Made by a program: the position numbers and the translations under genes. The notes under the pieces are model-generated. The model was given only the letters and a program-made list of their open reading frames with translations. It made no database searches and was not told the DNA's origin. A stretch of 63,335 bases of DNA, the filler included, from Thraustochytrium aureum (taxonomy: Eukaryota): the NCBI GenBank assembly GCA_012862495.1. It is 6 parts of 3 records of this genome, joined end to end, with 100 filler letters (N's around TTAATTAATTAA, not from the genome) between each part and the next. Parts side by side here need not be neighbours in the genome. Positions count along the whole stretch, not along the records: positions 39,709 to 48,075 come from BLSG01000098.1; positions 48,176 to 58,690 come from BLSG01000098.1; 4 more parts are not named here. One strand, written 5' to 3'. Below, piece by piece: positions 46,665-58,790 of this stretch; position 1 is the stretch's first letter; every line of letters starts with the position of its first letter.

Positions 46665-48075
46665 TCAGGCGCTGGTTTTGGCGGCGGAGCCGATGAAGAC
46701 AAACTTGGCCGCGTAGCCCAGCGCGCCGATGAGCGTCGGCAGCAGGATGCCATACTTTTTGGGAAAAAGTAGAGCACAGAGACAGTGCCGATGGTGCCGA
46801 CCTTGTACGGGCAGCGGAACGAGCCCCCGTGGAAGGCGTTGTTGGCGAAGAGCTGCATCGGGTTGTCGAGCTTGACTGCCGCGTTCGCGACGGAGCGCGG
46901 GTTGCGGATGTCGTTGATGAGAAGCGCGAGCATTGCCGAGCTGGAGGTTTCGGGAGCCATTACCTCTAGGGCAGCAAAAAGCTTGAAGCCCTCGTAGGCA
47001 GCGGCGAAGAGCTTGTTGGAGGTCACCGAGGCCGTGCTGGTGGACGGAGCAACATTGGACGAGACGGTGTGGCCCTCGCTGCGGGCGATGACCGCGCGCC
47101 AGTGCTGCATGCGCTTGGCGAGCGCGTAGTTGGGGCCTTGCGGCACCGTGATCCCGTCCGAGTAGTAGAGGTCCCCAACGGGGGGCAGCACGTTCTTGCG
47201 GAGATTGTAGCCGGTCATGACCTTCTCGAGCAAGCGCTGCCAAGCCGGAACATTGGCATAGTTTTCCTTGGCGGCCTCGTAGGCGTCTTTGTTGATGTTG
47301 TGGACGTCGGTGGGCGTGCAGAGAAAGGCGATTGAGGTGTCCTTGCGCGCCTTGCAGACGCGTTCCATGATGGCGTCGCAGGCGAGCGACAGCTGCACGT
47401 GCAGGGCGCCGTCCAGGTACGTGTAGTTGCCGATGGTGAGCGGCTTGCCGGGGCACACAGTAACGAGCCAGTTGGCGATCTCCGGGGTGCGCGCCAGGAG
47501 GTTGGCGCCGGCGAGGCGGAAGAGCTCCTCGTCGTTGGCGATCTGTGCCTGCGGCTTGGAGAGCGGGAAAGTGAGCGTCCCGGGGCTGTTGCGCGTCTTG
47601 GTGATGAGCTTCTCCCAGATAAAGGGGCGGTCGAGGTCGATGCCGATGATGTTGGCGCCGCAAGCAAGGAGGAGGTCGAGAGGGCCCATGGCGCTCGTTG
47701 CGCCGAGCAGCACAAAGTAGCGATCGGAGAGGTCGACCCAGCCTGGGTTGTCGATGACTTGCTTGATAGCCTCCCCGGCGGAGGGCTCGATGGTGCCCTT
47801 CTGGACCCACAGGTCGAGCTGGGCGCGCAGCGCGTCGCCGGCCAGCGTCTTGCCCTTGTAGAGGACCTGGCACTCGTTGACGAGCCGCTTGCCGGTGCCT
47901 TTGACAAAGCCGGTCTCGAAGGTGCCCTTGAAGGTCGACATGGCTTGCTCAAAGGGGAGGGTCTTGCCGTCGCGGACAAACTCGAACATGCCGTGCGAGC
48001 GCTTGAGGCCGTCGCGCGCGATCTTGAGCGCGTTGGCCTCGCTCTTGAGCGCGACCTGAACCTGGGTGACGATGT
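46665..48075 (-). CDS. Uncharacterised Rossmann/SDR-like protein with C-terminal hydrophobic tail (5' truncated; frameshift near 46765)
   Basis: Strong GC3 bias; FVLLGATSAMGP Gly-rich strand, QGPNYALAKR (YxxxK) and VSSNVAPST. Confidence 0.6.
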
Positions 48076-48119
48076 NNNNNNNNNNNNNNNNNNNNNNNNN
48101 NNNNNNNNNNNNNNNNNNN

Positions 48120-48131
48120 TTAATTAATTAA
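48120..48131. other. Artificial contig linker
   Basis: TTAATTAATTAA in an N block. Confidence 0.97.
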
Positions 48132-48234
48132 NNNNNNNNNNNNNNNNNNNNNNNNNNNNNNNNNNNNNNNNNNNNTTCCACTGTGCGGCTTCCGCGGCAT
48201 TCCTTTTGTTCTCCTCACATCCTCCACAGCAACT

Positions 48235-48460
48235 CTTGAGTTCTCTTGCTTTTCTTTTAAAGCTGCTTGCTTTCAATAGACTCGAATCGTGCTTGTTTTT
48301 CAAAGCTAAATAGCTGCCCTCCCTTCCGTTTTGGAGCAACCTTGCTTGTCTTTTAAAGCTAAGGGGTTCCCCTGCTCTCTCTTAGGCTGCTTCCAGAAAG
48401 AAGCTAGCTGCTTTCAAAGGAAAGCTAGTTGCTTTCAAAGAAGCTAGCTGCTTCAAGGTG
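48235..48460. repeat. AT-richer degenerate ~20-bp repeat (aagctagctgctttcaaag)
   Basis: Three clear units at about 48398-48457 and decayed units upstream. Confidence 0.65.
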
Positions 48461-48719
48461 TGGGCCCTGCTGTTCTGTTCATGGATCTCGTGAGAACAGC
48501 TTGTCGGCTCCTCAGAGTGAGCAGAGCAGACCCGAAGGCGTGGACGCACGTTGCGGCTGCGCCCGGCTGCGGAAAGCGCCGGCCGGCTAGTGGTCGTGCG
48601 TTCGAGAGACGACCGACCGTTCGATCGACCGGCCGATCGATCGACGGATCGACCTGTCGGTTGGACCTTTTGCTCGGTCGAGGTGGCACCACCAACCAGG
48701 CGACGGCCTCTCGCCAGAA

Positions 48720-50743
48720 ATGACCCAGGTTGAGACGGAAGCCCCGCGGCTCCGGCGCGCGTGGATCGCGCTGGGGCTGCTGCTTTTGGCGACGGCGGGT
48801 GCCATTCTGTGGATCGTGGATGACAGCAGGCTACTGTGCTTCTCGACGGGGTGCTTGTCGATGAAGTCTCTTGCAACTGGCCGGGGCGAGCTGAAGAGCA
48901 CGTTCGACAGTCTGCGCAAGGACGCCAAGGCGAGCCTGCCCGAGGAGGACGCGTACGGTGAAGGTGGCGGCGAAAAATATGGCGATGAAGGCGACGCCAA
49001 CCTCGACGAGGACGTCGACCTGCCCTCAGACAACCTGCCGTCAGGCAAGCAAGATCACCTGGATGGGCTTCGGCAGCCAGAACAAGTCCCGCACGGAGAC
49101 GGTGGGATGGAGGAAGAGGACTATGTTGGCTCAACAAACGCACCAACTGGGGCCAGTCCAAGCTACTTCTCCTTGCAGGGATCCAGGGCACCGGCCACCA
49201 GGTGTGGCAGCGCGCGATCGCCAAGGCCTGCAGCGGCAACCAAGTAACCTGCGTGCGGCTGTGCGCGGCATCAAGCCTCAGGCTGTTTTCCCTGATGAAC
49301 TATGCGCAATACGAACTTGCGCTCGACAACCTCGACAAGGAACTCAAGGAGGCGCGCCGCAAACACGAGGCCAACCCGAATCAGCGCTTCATCTTCTTTG
49401 TCAACCTATTCGGATCGTGCAACGATCAATCGAGCTCGATGGCTTTCCCAATCGAGGAAAAGTACCTGGACGCAGCGTACAACCCAGACCCGCGCGCAAT
49501 CGCGCGCATGGCCGAGCTCGCCGGCGTAGACATGCGCGTCCTCGTCATGGCCGAGCCCAGCGTGAGAAAGATCGCAGAGGCGTGGTTTTCGAGCTATACC
49601 TTCTCCCCGTTCGCGGTGACCAACTTTCAAATCCTGCGCACGCTGCAGCTCGCCATCGAGTCGCTCTTCGGCAACATCCGACTCCTCAAGCCCAGCTTCT
49701 TCGCCGGATACGACCTTTCTGCTCAAAAGTTGATGGGCCCCGGCGCGGGGGTGGCCAGCAAGAGCCTCGACGAGTGGACCGGGCTGCCCGGCTTTGCGAG
49801 CGCGCTCGAAGAGTTCAAGGACGAGCCCTGGGTCCCCGCCTCAGGCCCAGCGGAGAAGCCGCGGCACCTTCAAGACGCCGACTTACAATACCTTCCGCGC
49901 ATCGAGTTCGTCAACGAGATGTTTCTGTCGTTCCTGCGGACTGGCACAACCCGGATGGTCATTCCGAAAACGATAATCGCCACGACCGACGCGCCGCGCC
50001 CGCGCCTTTTGTTCTTCGCCGGGCTCGAAGGGACGGGCCACCACCTGTTCACCTCGCTCTTCACGCTCCTCACCAAGGAAAATCCCCAGTTCGAGGCTGG
50101 CTGCGCGATCCAGCGCATCATGTACTGGCAAAACTCCCAGACCTCGCTCGGCGAGTCCACGCAGTCCAGCGTCTATGCCGACGCCAAGGCCAGGCTCCGC
50201 GCAGAGCTCAAGGCCCTCAGCCTCGACGAGTCGAAGCGTAACTCGACGCTGATCATCAACCTGATGGACCGCGGCAAGACGGGGTGCACGAGATGGTGGG
50301 CGAGATGAGCTATCCCAACTTTGGCGGCGCCTTTAAGACGTTGCAGCACCCGGACATGATTGTCTTGGCGCAAGAGGCCGAGGCGGCAGGCATTGATCTG
50401 CGCATCGTGCTGCTCACGCGTGACGCCAACAAGATTATGGTCAGCACCACCGTGCACCGCCACTTTGGCAAGCGCCGCGAGCTCAACAACCTCGAGCCCG
50501 TCTCGCACGCGCTGTTCACGCAGCTCCAGGCCCTCGACCCAGCGTTTACCTCACGTGCATCAACTTTGGAGCACGAAAGCCGTCTTGGATCGCAACGATG
50601 GCGCGCAAGCTGTGGCTCCCAGAGCTGCCCAAGCTGGTCGGGGAGGTGATGCACAGCTCCTCAAGGCACTACACGGACAAAAAGGAGTGGGTTCGCCGCC
50701 GCCGCATCTCGACCTTCAACGCGACAACCAACCTCTACCTTGA
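48720..50743 (+). CDS. Type II membrane protein with two tandem sulfotransferase-like P-loop domains (frameshifts near 49186, 50290 and 50550)
   Basis: TM WIALGLLLLATAGAILWIV and an acidic stem. Domain 1 reconstructs as FSLQGSRGTGHQVW..DMRVLVMAEP; domain 2 is FFAGLEGTGHHLF..SYPNFGG..HPD..DLRIVLLTRD..S. Confidence 0.55.
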
Positions 50744-50895
50744 GACCTGCCCAGCGGCTGGCTGACGAACCCACAACCCGGTACTCACAATCCAAAACCA
50801 ACAACCTGAATTCGCTTTTCTTCATCTGCTTACCCAGGGCCTTCACGGGGGCCAACCAAACCAAAACTCGCCCCCCCCCCGCGCGCGCAGGCGGG

Positions 50896-51327
50896 CTATT
50901 GCGCGCTGCGCAGCATGCGCTCGGCCTCCTCGAGGTTGAGCGAGTACAGCCGCTCCTCGTACGCCTGGAGCGCCGCAGCCGGTCATCGTTAGCGGTCCGC
51001 CATCAAGGCCACGCGCGCGGTCCGCGTCCAACTTACATTCCTGAACTCTGTGACGACCTGGTCCACGTTGTCATATCCGGCGCCGCGCAGCTCGGCCGCG
51101 AGGGCCATGAAAAAGGTTGACCCGTCGTCATGCGCAGAGCCCTGCTGCCTGCGCTGCGTCGCCTTGCGAAGCTCGGCTTCTTCTTGAGCACGCCGGCGCT
51201 CTTCTTCGCCGGCGCGATACGCTCGAGCCTGCTCCACCGTCAGCGCCTTGCACCCGGCGCCCTCGTACTCGCTGTCGCGCACGACCTTGAACTGCTCCAA
51301 CGCGGCCAAAAACGTGGCGTTATTCAT
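50896..51327 (-). CDS. Small hypothetical protein (119 aa); exons 51327-51037 and 50964-50896
   Basis: A 72-nt GT-AG intron with gctaac branch joins ..VVTEFRN|AYEERLYSLNLEEAERMLRSAQ*. Confidence 0.65.
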
Positions 51328-51922
51328 CCTGCCCAGCGCCGCCGGCACTACGCGAGCTCTGCGCCACGGCAGCGGCAGCGGCAGCGACCACCCTCGGCCT
51401 GCGCAAGGGCTGGAGGGAGCGAAGGACGGGAGGGAGAGGACAGACGGGAGGATCTGGGCTCTTGCTCGATCCCGGCCGGATGCCACCTCACCCGACCAAT
51501 GCCCGACCCGGCAGGCCACAGACCAGCGCACAAGCGCCGCAGCAGACCGATACGCGCGCTCTCGCCCGCCCGCCCGCTCGCTCGCTCGCCCCGGCTGCCC
51601 CGCTCGCGCCCCCCGGGTCGCCAAGTCGATCTGGGCGGCGAGCGTCGATCATGGACGACGGCCAGATCCCGATCCGCGCAGCAGCAGCAGCAGCGGCGGC
51701 GGCGGCGGCGACGACGACGGCGACGACGCGAGGGCTGCGTCGCTCGATTGGGCTGGCCGCGCGGCGGCGTGCGGCGTTTCGGCGGGATCCGGGGCAGGAT
51801 CCGTGGAGAAACGGCGGGAAGCGAAAGCCTTGCCCCGCGATCTCTCCCTCGATCCCTCCCGCGATCATCTATCTCCACGCGAGCCGCCGCACCGGGTCCG
51901 GCGGCGGACCACGCGAAGGGCG

Positions 51923-53922
51923 ATGGCGCAGATGCGGTTCGAGTACGCGGATGTCGGGCTGTATCGAGGCGGCTCGTGGGTCAAAGGCGTGGTCGCGTTG
52001 GAGCGAGCCAAGGACGGCACCAAGTGGGCCTTCGCCTTCGCTCCGGCGGAGAGCGTGAACGCCAAACATGCCCTGCAGGCCGACGGCGAGAGCGTCACGG
52101 ATATCGGCACTGGCGCCAAGGATGGCGAGTGGTTCCTGCGGCTGAGCGTGCCTGGGAAGAAGAAGCCGAAGAAATGCGTGTTCAACTTNNNNNNNNNNNN
52201 NNNNNNNNNNNNNNNNNNNNNNNNNNNNNNNNNNNNNNNNNNNNNNNNNNNNNNNNNNNNNNNNNNNNNNNNNNNNNNNAGGCGCGCCGAGCCCGGCCCT
52301 TAGCCCCGTCGCCAGCGCCGCAGCGCCACCAGCAGCGGCGCGGCCGGACGCAGCGCCATCCTCGAGCGCCGGCGGCACCTACTTTGCAAAGTATGGGCGA
52401 CCCGCGGAGGACGCCGGCGAGGTGAGCGAGGCGGTCGTAGGCGGGGCAACCGCCGTGGAGCGCAAGGCGCGCAAGAGCATGCTCGACGTGGATGACGAGC
52501 TCGCCGAGCTCTACAGGTCGGTGGTGCTGAGCGGGATCATGAGCGAGCAAGACTTTTGGGCAGCGCGCGAACTGCAGGTGGAGGAAGAGAAGACGGCGCT
52601 GCTGCAGCAGCGCGGCCTGAGCACTGGCCTTACGGCGGATGTGCACGCGAGCAAGACGGACCAAGAGAACGTGAGCTACGAGCTCACCAAGGAGCACATC
52701 CAGCGCATCTTCCTGGACCAGCCGCGCGTGTACGCAATTTACAAGGCCAAGGTGCCCGCGTCGCTGAGCGAGCTCGAATTCTGGCGCCTCTACTTGTCGA
52801 GCCGCTACTTTCACCAGAACCGCAACACGACCGCAGAGTTTCGGGCCAGCGAGCAGGCCCGCGCCGCCGCGGAGGTCTTCGGCCAATTCGACGACCCCGA
52901 CGACGACGAGCACGGGGGCGGCAGCAAGGTCACCTCGCTCAACAACAGAGCTTCGCGCCCGCGCGGCGTCCTGGTTGACCCCAACGTGGACCTCTTGTCC
53001 ACGCTCAATGACGACCCGCACGGAGCGGCGACCACGCTAGCGGGGGTCGGGATGGCCGCGCGGTCTGGGTATGGAATCGTTGTGCGCGACCCCGCCGAGC
53101 AGGCCAAGGACGCTGCCAACCGCGAGCGCCTGCTAAAGCTGGGGCGCAAGGTCACGATCGAAGAGGTGCGCCGGCTCGAGGAAAAGCCGCTCGAGTCCAT
53201 CCCGCTCCTGTCCAGGTACAACCGACACGCGTCGCTCGTGCTACCAAATGAGGAGCACAACCCGAACCGCGTGCAGCGGCGCATCGCGCGCATGGTCAAC
53301 GAAGAAAAGCGGGCAGAGGTTTTCCGCGACCTCGAGGCTTTCGGAGGCATGCGCCACGAGCCGCCGCCCATCCCGCTAGACCCTCCAGGGAAACAATTCG
53401 TACATGGCTGTTGGCGGCACGAAAGGGGCGCAGATCAAGCCCGCCGGAGGAGCCAGCGCCGCACTGGCCGCGTCGCTGGACCGCTGGTCGCCGACAAAGC
53501 TGCACAAGGTGATGCCCTCGTCCAAGACCGCGCTCGCAGTGCTAGACCACGTCACCAGCACCGCTGGCTCCTCGTCCCACGACCACGCCGCGCGCCTCGA
53601 AGACGTGGTCGAGCATGAGGAGCTCTTGCGCGTATCCCGCGCCGCCAACGAGCTTCGCCGGCACTTCTGGACCAGTTTTCCGCCGGCCCTGCGCGCCAAG
53701 GAGCCGCTCGAGGCCCAGCCGGCCTGGACACGGATGGAGGCCCTGGTGGACAAGCTGCTGGCGCTCGAGGCCCGGGTCCGCGAGTTTCGCGAGTACGCGC
53801 GTAACAGCGGTAACCGGGCCCTGGCCCACCTCCTGCTCGACCTCATGGACCAGCTCAAGAAGGCGACTGGCGACTTTGACAAGTTTAAGCGCATGCAGCT
53901 CAAGAAGCGCCAGCGCAAGTAG
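51923..53922 (+). CDS. GTF2H1: TFIIH subunit p62/Tfb1 (PH-like N-terminus, two BSD domains); gap and frameshifts
   Basis: LAELYRSVVLSGIMSEQDFW, LTKEHIQRIFLDQPRVYAIYKAKVP..LSELEFWRLYLSSRYF, RYNRHASLVL and NELRRHFWTSFP. Confidence 0.88.
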
Positions 53923-54128
53923 CGCGAGGGCGCCCGCCCTGTCGCGCGCTGAGCTGCTCGCGGCGCGCCTCGTTTGGGAAGGTGGGACGTGATTGTGCGG
54001 CTGGCTCATCGAAAGGCGCAGGCGTATGTATCCTGGGCGCCGCATGTTGGTTGTGAAAAGGTAATATTACACTGTCCTTGCGCTTGCGCAATGTCCCTGC
54101 GCTTGCGCGACCACAACCGGGCGCCTGC

Positions 54129-57100
54129 CTATTGCGACTTCTTTTCTGCCGGCGGTAGGGGCGGCGAGGCCGCTTCTGCGGCGGGCACTTGAGCGCCCAT
54201 CGAAAACAGCCCCGTCCGCGCCAGCGCCGAGGAGCCGAGGGAGAGCGGCGGGATCGACATTCCCGCCGTGGCGAGCAAAGGCGACATGGCCTGCTTGGAT
54301 GGGGACAGGGCAGGGTCGCCGGCGAACTTCGGGCTGTGCGAGTTGGAGAACGACTCAGAGGACAGCCTTGGCGTGAGGAGCTTGTCGCTCTTCGCGACAA
54401 GAGGAGGCGCGAGCCCGTGACGCTGCATGACGCCCGCGATGGCGATGAGCAACTCGCTTTGCTCGGCGAAGGTGTTGCCGAGGCTCTTGTCTGCGGCGGG
54501 GACAGGGCGGGGCGTTAGTGCTGGGCTGCTGATGCAAGGGAGATGCCACAGCGCGGTGGCGCGACTTACTGGGGAAAAGAAAGCTGATCCAGAGGAAGAA
54601 GCGGACGTGGGTCGGGTAGAGGAGCGCTGCGCGCTCGCCGGGCTGCTGCATGTCGACGCCGCGATCGAACGGGTGCACCAGGTCGCGCGCCGTGAAGGTG
54701 AACGAGTCGACCACGCTGCCGACCTTGGACTGAAGCGCTTGCTTGACGTCCGCGCGAATGTCGGCGACCAGCTTGGCGGTGACGTCGGCGGCGGGGATGT
54801 AGATGTTGAACCCGTTGCCGTGGTTCTGCGAGGTCGAGTAGTTGAAGAGCTGGCCCATCCCGGGAATGCGCTTGTTCTCGAGGCGCACAAAGGCCCCGTC
54901 CGCCTTGAGCAAGTCGGTGCAGAGCAGGCGGATCCGAAGCACTTCGTAGCGGTCCTCGCCCAGCTTGATCATGTCGCCGACGTCGTAGGGGTGCACTGCA
55001 AAGAGGTAGATGATGTTCTCGAACGAGGACGCCACCGTGCTGCCAAACACAAACGACCAGGCGAGGATGGCGGTCGCCATGGAGGCGAAGAGCTGCACCG
55101 AGTCCTGCGAGAAGAGCGCGAGCGATACCAGGACGACGATGACGACCACGACACTCATGAGCGCCGTGTCGATCGACTTGATGACCACCTGGGCGTCTTG
55201 CAAGGTGAGTGACAGCTTGTACCGCCGGCGGAACATGGACTCGATGGTCCGCTTAAAGCGCCCGTACGAGACGTAGCCTGCTTTGCGCGGGTCGAGCGTC
55301 TCGTCCCAGACTCTGACCGGGTCGAGGCTTTCGCCGTAGAGCTGCTCAAGAACTTCGATCATTTCCTCCTTGTAGATGCGTCGCCTGTCGGTGCTGGACC
55401 GACTGGACCGCATCACGCTGATTGTGTCCTGGTCCGTCCATGAGCCGAAGCCAGGGCCGCGTTCCGCCGTCTGTCTGCGGGACGACTCGTCCTCAACGTC
55501 ACCGCTGTTGGTCCTTGGGGCTTTGGCCGCAGCAAGTCCGCGGCGGCGCAGGAACCCGCGGGAACTCATGCGCGGGCGAATAGACGCAGTGGGGTTGACT
55601 TGTTGGTCCGCCGCGCTTGTTCCGTTGGCTTGGAGGCCACTGCCGTCGCGCTGCTGAGGGGCTTCAAACGCTCTCAGCAGTGCGGTCTGCGCCACGCGGG
55701 CCTCGGAGTGCCGTTCTTCTACGGCCTTGCTCGCGATGGCAAGTCGCCGGCTCCACGGAGCCCCGCTGAAGCCCCTTGCTCGAGGTCCAAGGCGCTCTGC
55801 GCGCGGTCCGACTTTGATTGGTCCTTCTGCTGTTTTGTCTCGGCGCGATGCAGCTGTGAGGCGCCTAGGAGGTTGGTGTCTGAGCCGACGCGGCGAATCG
55901 GGCCGGGTCCACTTGAAGGCCCTCCCGGCTGTCTCGCTCGGCAAGGGCTGCGGCCTTGGCCAAGGCGTTCTCCTTGGCCTGGGCCAGGGCGCGGCGCGCG
56001 TTGACGATTCCGTACATGCGTCGGAAAAGCTTGGAGGCAATTGGGCGCGAGATTTGGGCGAGGCCGTCGTCTGCGCCAGGTTTGACGGGTTGGTGCTTGT
56101 CGCTTCCCGGTGGGCGCTGGCCGCTAACTTGGGTGGTGTTGATGTAGCGGATGAGGCGCTGCCAGTCCTCGGGGTGGAGCGACTCTTCGGAGGACTCCAT
56201 GACCTGCCGCTGCTCGTTGAGGGCGGTGAAGAAAGGGTCTTCGATTTTGCGCAGCGTGTTTAGGAGCTCCTGGTCGTCGAGCGACTCTTTGAGGCGGATT
56301 TGGTGCGACCGGGTGCCAAAGTCCTGCGCCAGATACGACCTGCGCGCGCGCGTGCGTGTTGCGCAAGGCCGGACAGCGGGTTCGTTAGCACAGCCTACCG
56401 AGTACGTGCACACGAAGGGTTTTAGGAGCAACTGCGAACGTACCTGATTGTGGTGGCGGCTGCCCGGCCAAAGAACAAGAGCGCCAGTAGTCCGAAAACG
56501 CGAATCAGCCACATGTAGGCCGTCGCCCAGGGCGTGCCGGGCACGCTGAGCGCTCTCAAAACGAAGGCAGTCAAGACGACGATGATGCAGTGTATCGTGC
56601 GCGCGAGCGCCACGCGCGAGCCGGAGAGGTAGAAGATCACCACCGTGAGCGTGTAGCGCTGAGCCCGGGAACTTGTGCAGCGGATTGAGGCCTCGATGAA
56701 GAACATGACCAGCCGCACGGTCAGGTCACCGAGCAAGCCGCCGAGGAACACGACGCCCACAAATGAGACCACGTGGCCCACGTCGACGAGGAAGGGAACT
56801 AGCTCGACCAGGACGACGCCGATCGCCAGGAGAATGAGGCCGAGGACGAACAAGCTAATGGACAACCTGTGTTGNNNNNNNNNNNNNNNNNNNNNNNNNN
56901 NNNNNNNNNNNNNNNNNNNNNNNNNNNNNNNNNNNNNNNNNNNNNNNNNNNNNNNNNNNNNNNNNNNNNNNNNNNNNNNNNNNNNNNNNNNNNNNNNNNN
57001 NNNNNNNNNNNNNNNNNNNNNNNNNNNNNNNNNNNNNNNNNNNNNNNNNNNNNNNNNNNNNNNNNNNNNNNNNNNNNNNNNNNNNNNNNNNNNNNNNNNN

Positions 57101-57915
57101 NNNNNNNNNNNNNNNNNNNNNNNNNNNNNNNNNNNNNNNNNNNNNNNNNNNNNNNNNNNNNNNNNNNNNNNNNNNNNNNNNNNNNNNNNNNNNNNNNNNN
57201 NNNNNNNNNNNNNNNNNNNNNNNNNNNNNNNNNNNNNNNNNNNNNNNNNNNNNNNNNNNNNNNNNNNNNNNNNNNNNNNNNNNNNNNNNNNNNNNNNNNN
57301 NNNNNNNNNNNNNNNNNNNNNNNNNNNNNNNNNNNNNNNNNNNNNNNNNNNNNNNNNNNNNNNNNNNNNNNNNNNNNNNNNNNNNNNNNNNNNNNNNNNN
57401 NNNNNNNNNNNNNNNNNNNNNNNNNNNNNNNNNNNNNNNNNNNNNNNNNNNNNNNNNNNNNNNNNNNNNNNNNNNNNNNNNNNNNNNNNNNNNNNNNNNN
57501 NNNNNNNNNNNNNNNNNNNNNNNNNNNNNNNNNNNNNNNNNNNNNNNNNNNNNNNNNNNNNNNNNNNNNNNNNNNNNNNNNNNNNNNNNNNNNNCACTTG
57601 CCAGTCCCTTGGAGCTCGCGGCCTGCCTGCCCGCGTTCGGTGTCTGCCTGCCTGCCTGCCTGCCTCTCTGCCAGTCTGCCTGCCTGCCTGCCTGCCAGTT
57701 CCTTCCGTCGCCGCCTCCACACAGCGGGTTCCCCTTAGCTTCTTCGGCTTGCGGCTCCTCCTCACAGGGTCCGCGGGGGGTACGTTTTTTTGCCGATGGA
57801 GAAGCTAGACGCCCCTCCCTTTTTGCGTTTCCCCCCAGTGGGCCGCAGGGAGGGCACGGCACGGAGGGCGGTCCTGCAGGGAGGGCACCGTATCCTGGCG
57901 GAAGGTGGAGGCCAT
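54129..57915 (-). CDS. MscS-like mechanosensitive channel (eukaryotic MSL10/Msy type); introns 56340-56443 and 54491-54569, gap, frameshift near 55900; start tentative
   Basis: Multiple TM segments; EF-hand-like LDPRKAGYVSYGRF; LAWSFVFGSTVASSFENIIYLFAVHPYDVGDMI; GT-AG introns with ctaac branch points. Confidence 0.85.
57621..57697. repeat. (GCCT)n interrupted microsatellite
   Basis: Visible tetranucleotide runs. Confidence 0.8.
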
Positions 57916-58734
57916 GATGCGAAACTGCACGGTATGGACGCGGCTCTGACCAGTGACGAGTGCGCTGACGAGTGGACGCTCGAGGGTGGCGGCGCGAGAA
58001 CAACGTCTGCCGCAAGTGGGGGCCGGGAGCAACGTTCTCCAACTCGAGTCGAGAACGCCAGCTTCTACAGACGTGGATGTCGTTTGCGTGGCGGGATGTG
58101 GAGTTCGACGCGGAAGAGCAAAGAAGCGCGGCTGACGGTGTGAGCCTTTCGCGAACACGCAGTTGTACCGGACGCGGCTCGAGCGCTTGGCCGATCGTCG
58201 AGTTCGACACGGCGCAGTCACTGGTGCTCGATGCCTCTAGAGGTACTGAAGCAGCGTACAACAAGACAACGGCCAAGGAATCGAGGTCGGCGAGAGCTCA
58301 GCCCGCGCTATGACGCGCGCGCCCGATGAACTGATGAAAAGGGATTATGCCAATCTCAAGGCTTGACCTTGTTCATTCGCTAGGGTACTCTACGTCTTCG
58401 TTGGGACCGGCGACGCAAATCAATCTGCGCATGAGCAACTCGATATGAGAAATTCCTCCGTCAGAGTCACCACGGCCCGGTGGCCCGCAACGCCCAGACG
58501 CACTTGAAACGGCCAGGCGAACCTGCAATCCTCGACGCACTTGAAATAGGCGATTGTGTCCCCGCCCTCGGTCGCGCGGAGGAAGACAGGGTCTTGGCAC
58601 CAACTTCTGTTCCCGAGGTCGCACGGGATGCGGAAGGCTGGGCGCACAGGGTTTGCACGCGTCTCGAGGACATTCTCTACATCTCGCGAGNNNNNNNNNN
58701 NNNNNNNNNNNNNNNNNNNNNNNNNNNNNNNNNN

Positions 58735-58746
58735 TTAATTAATTAA
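58735..58746. other. Artificial contig linker
   Basis: TTAATTAATTAA in an N block. Confidence 0.97.
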
Positions 58747-58790
58747 NNNNNNNNNNNNNNNNNNNNNNNNNNNNNNNNNNNNNNNNNNNN

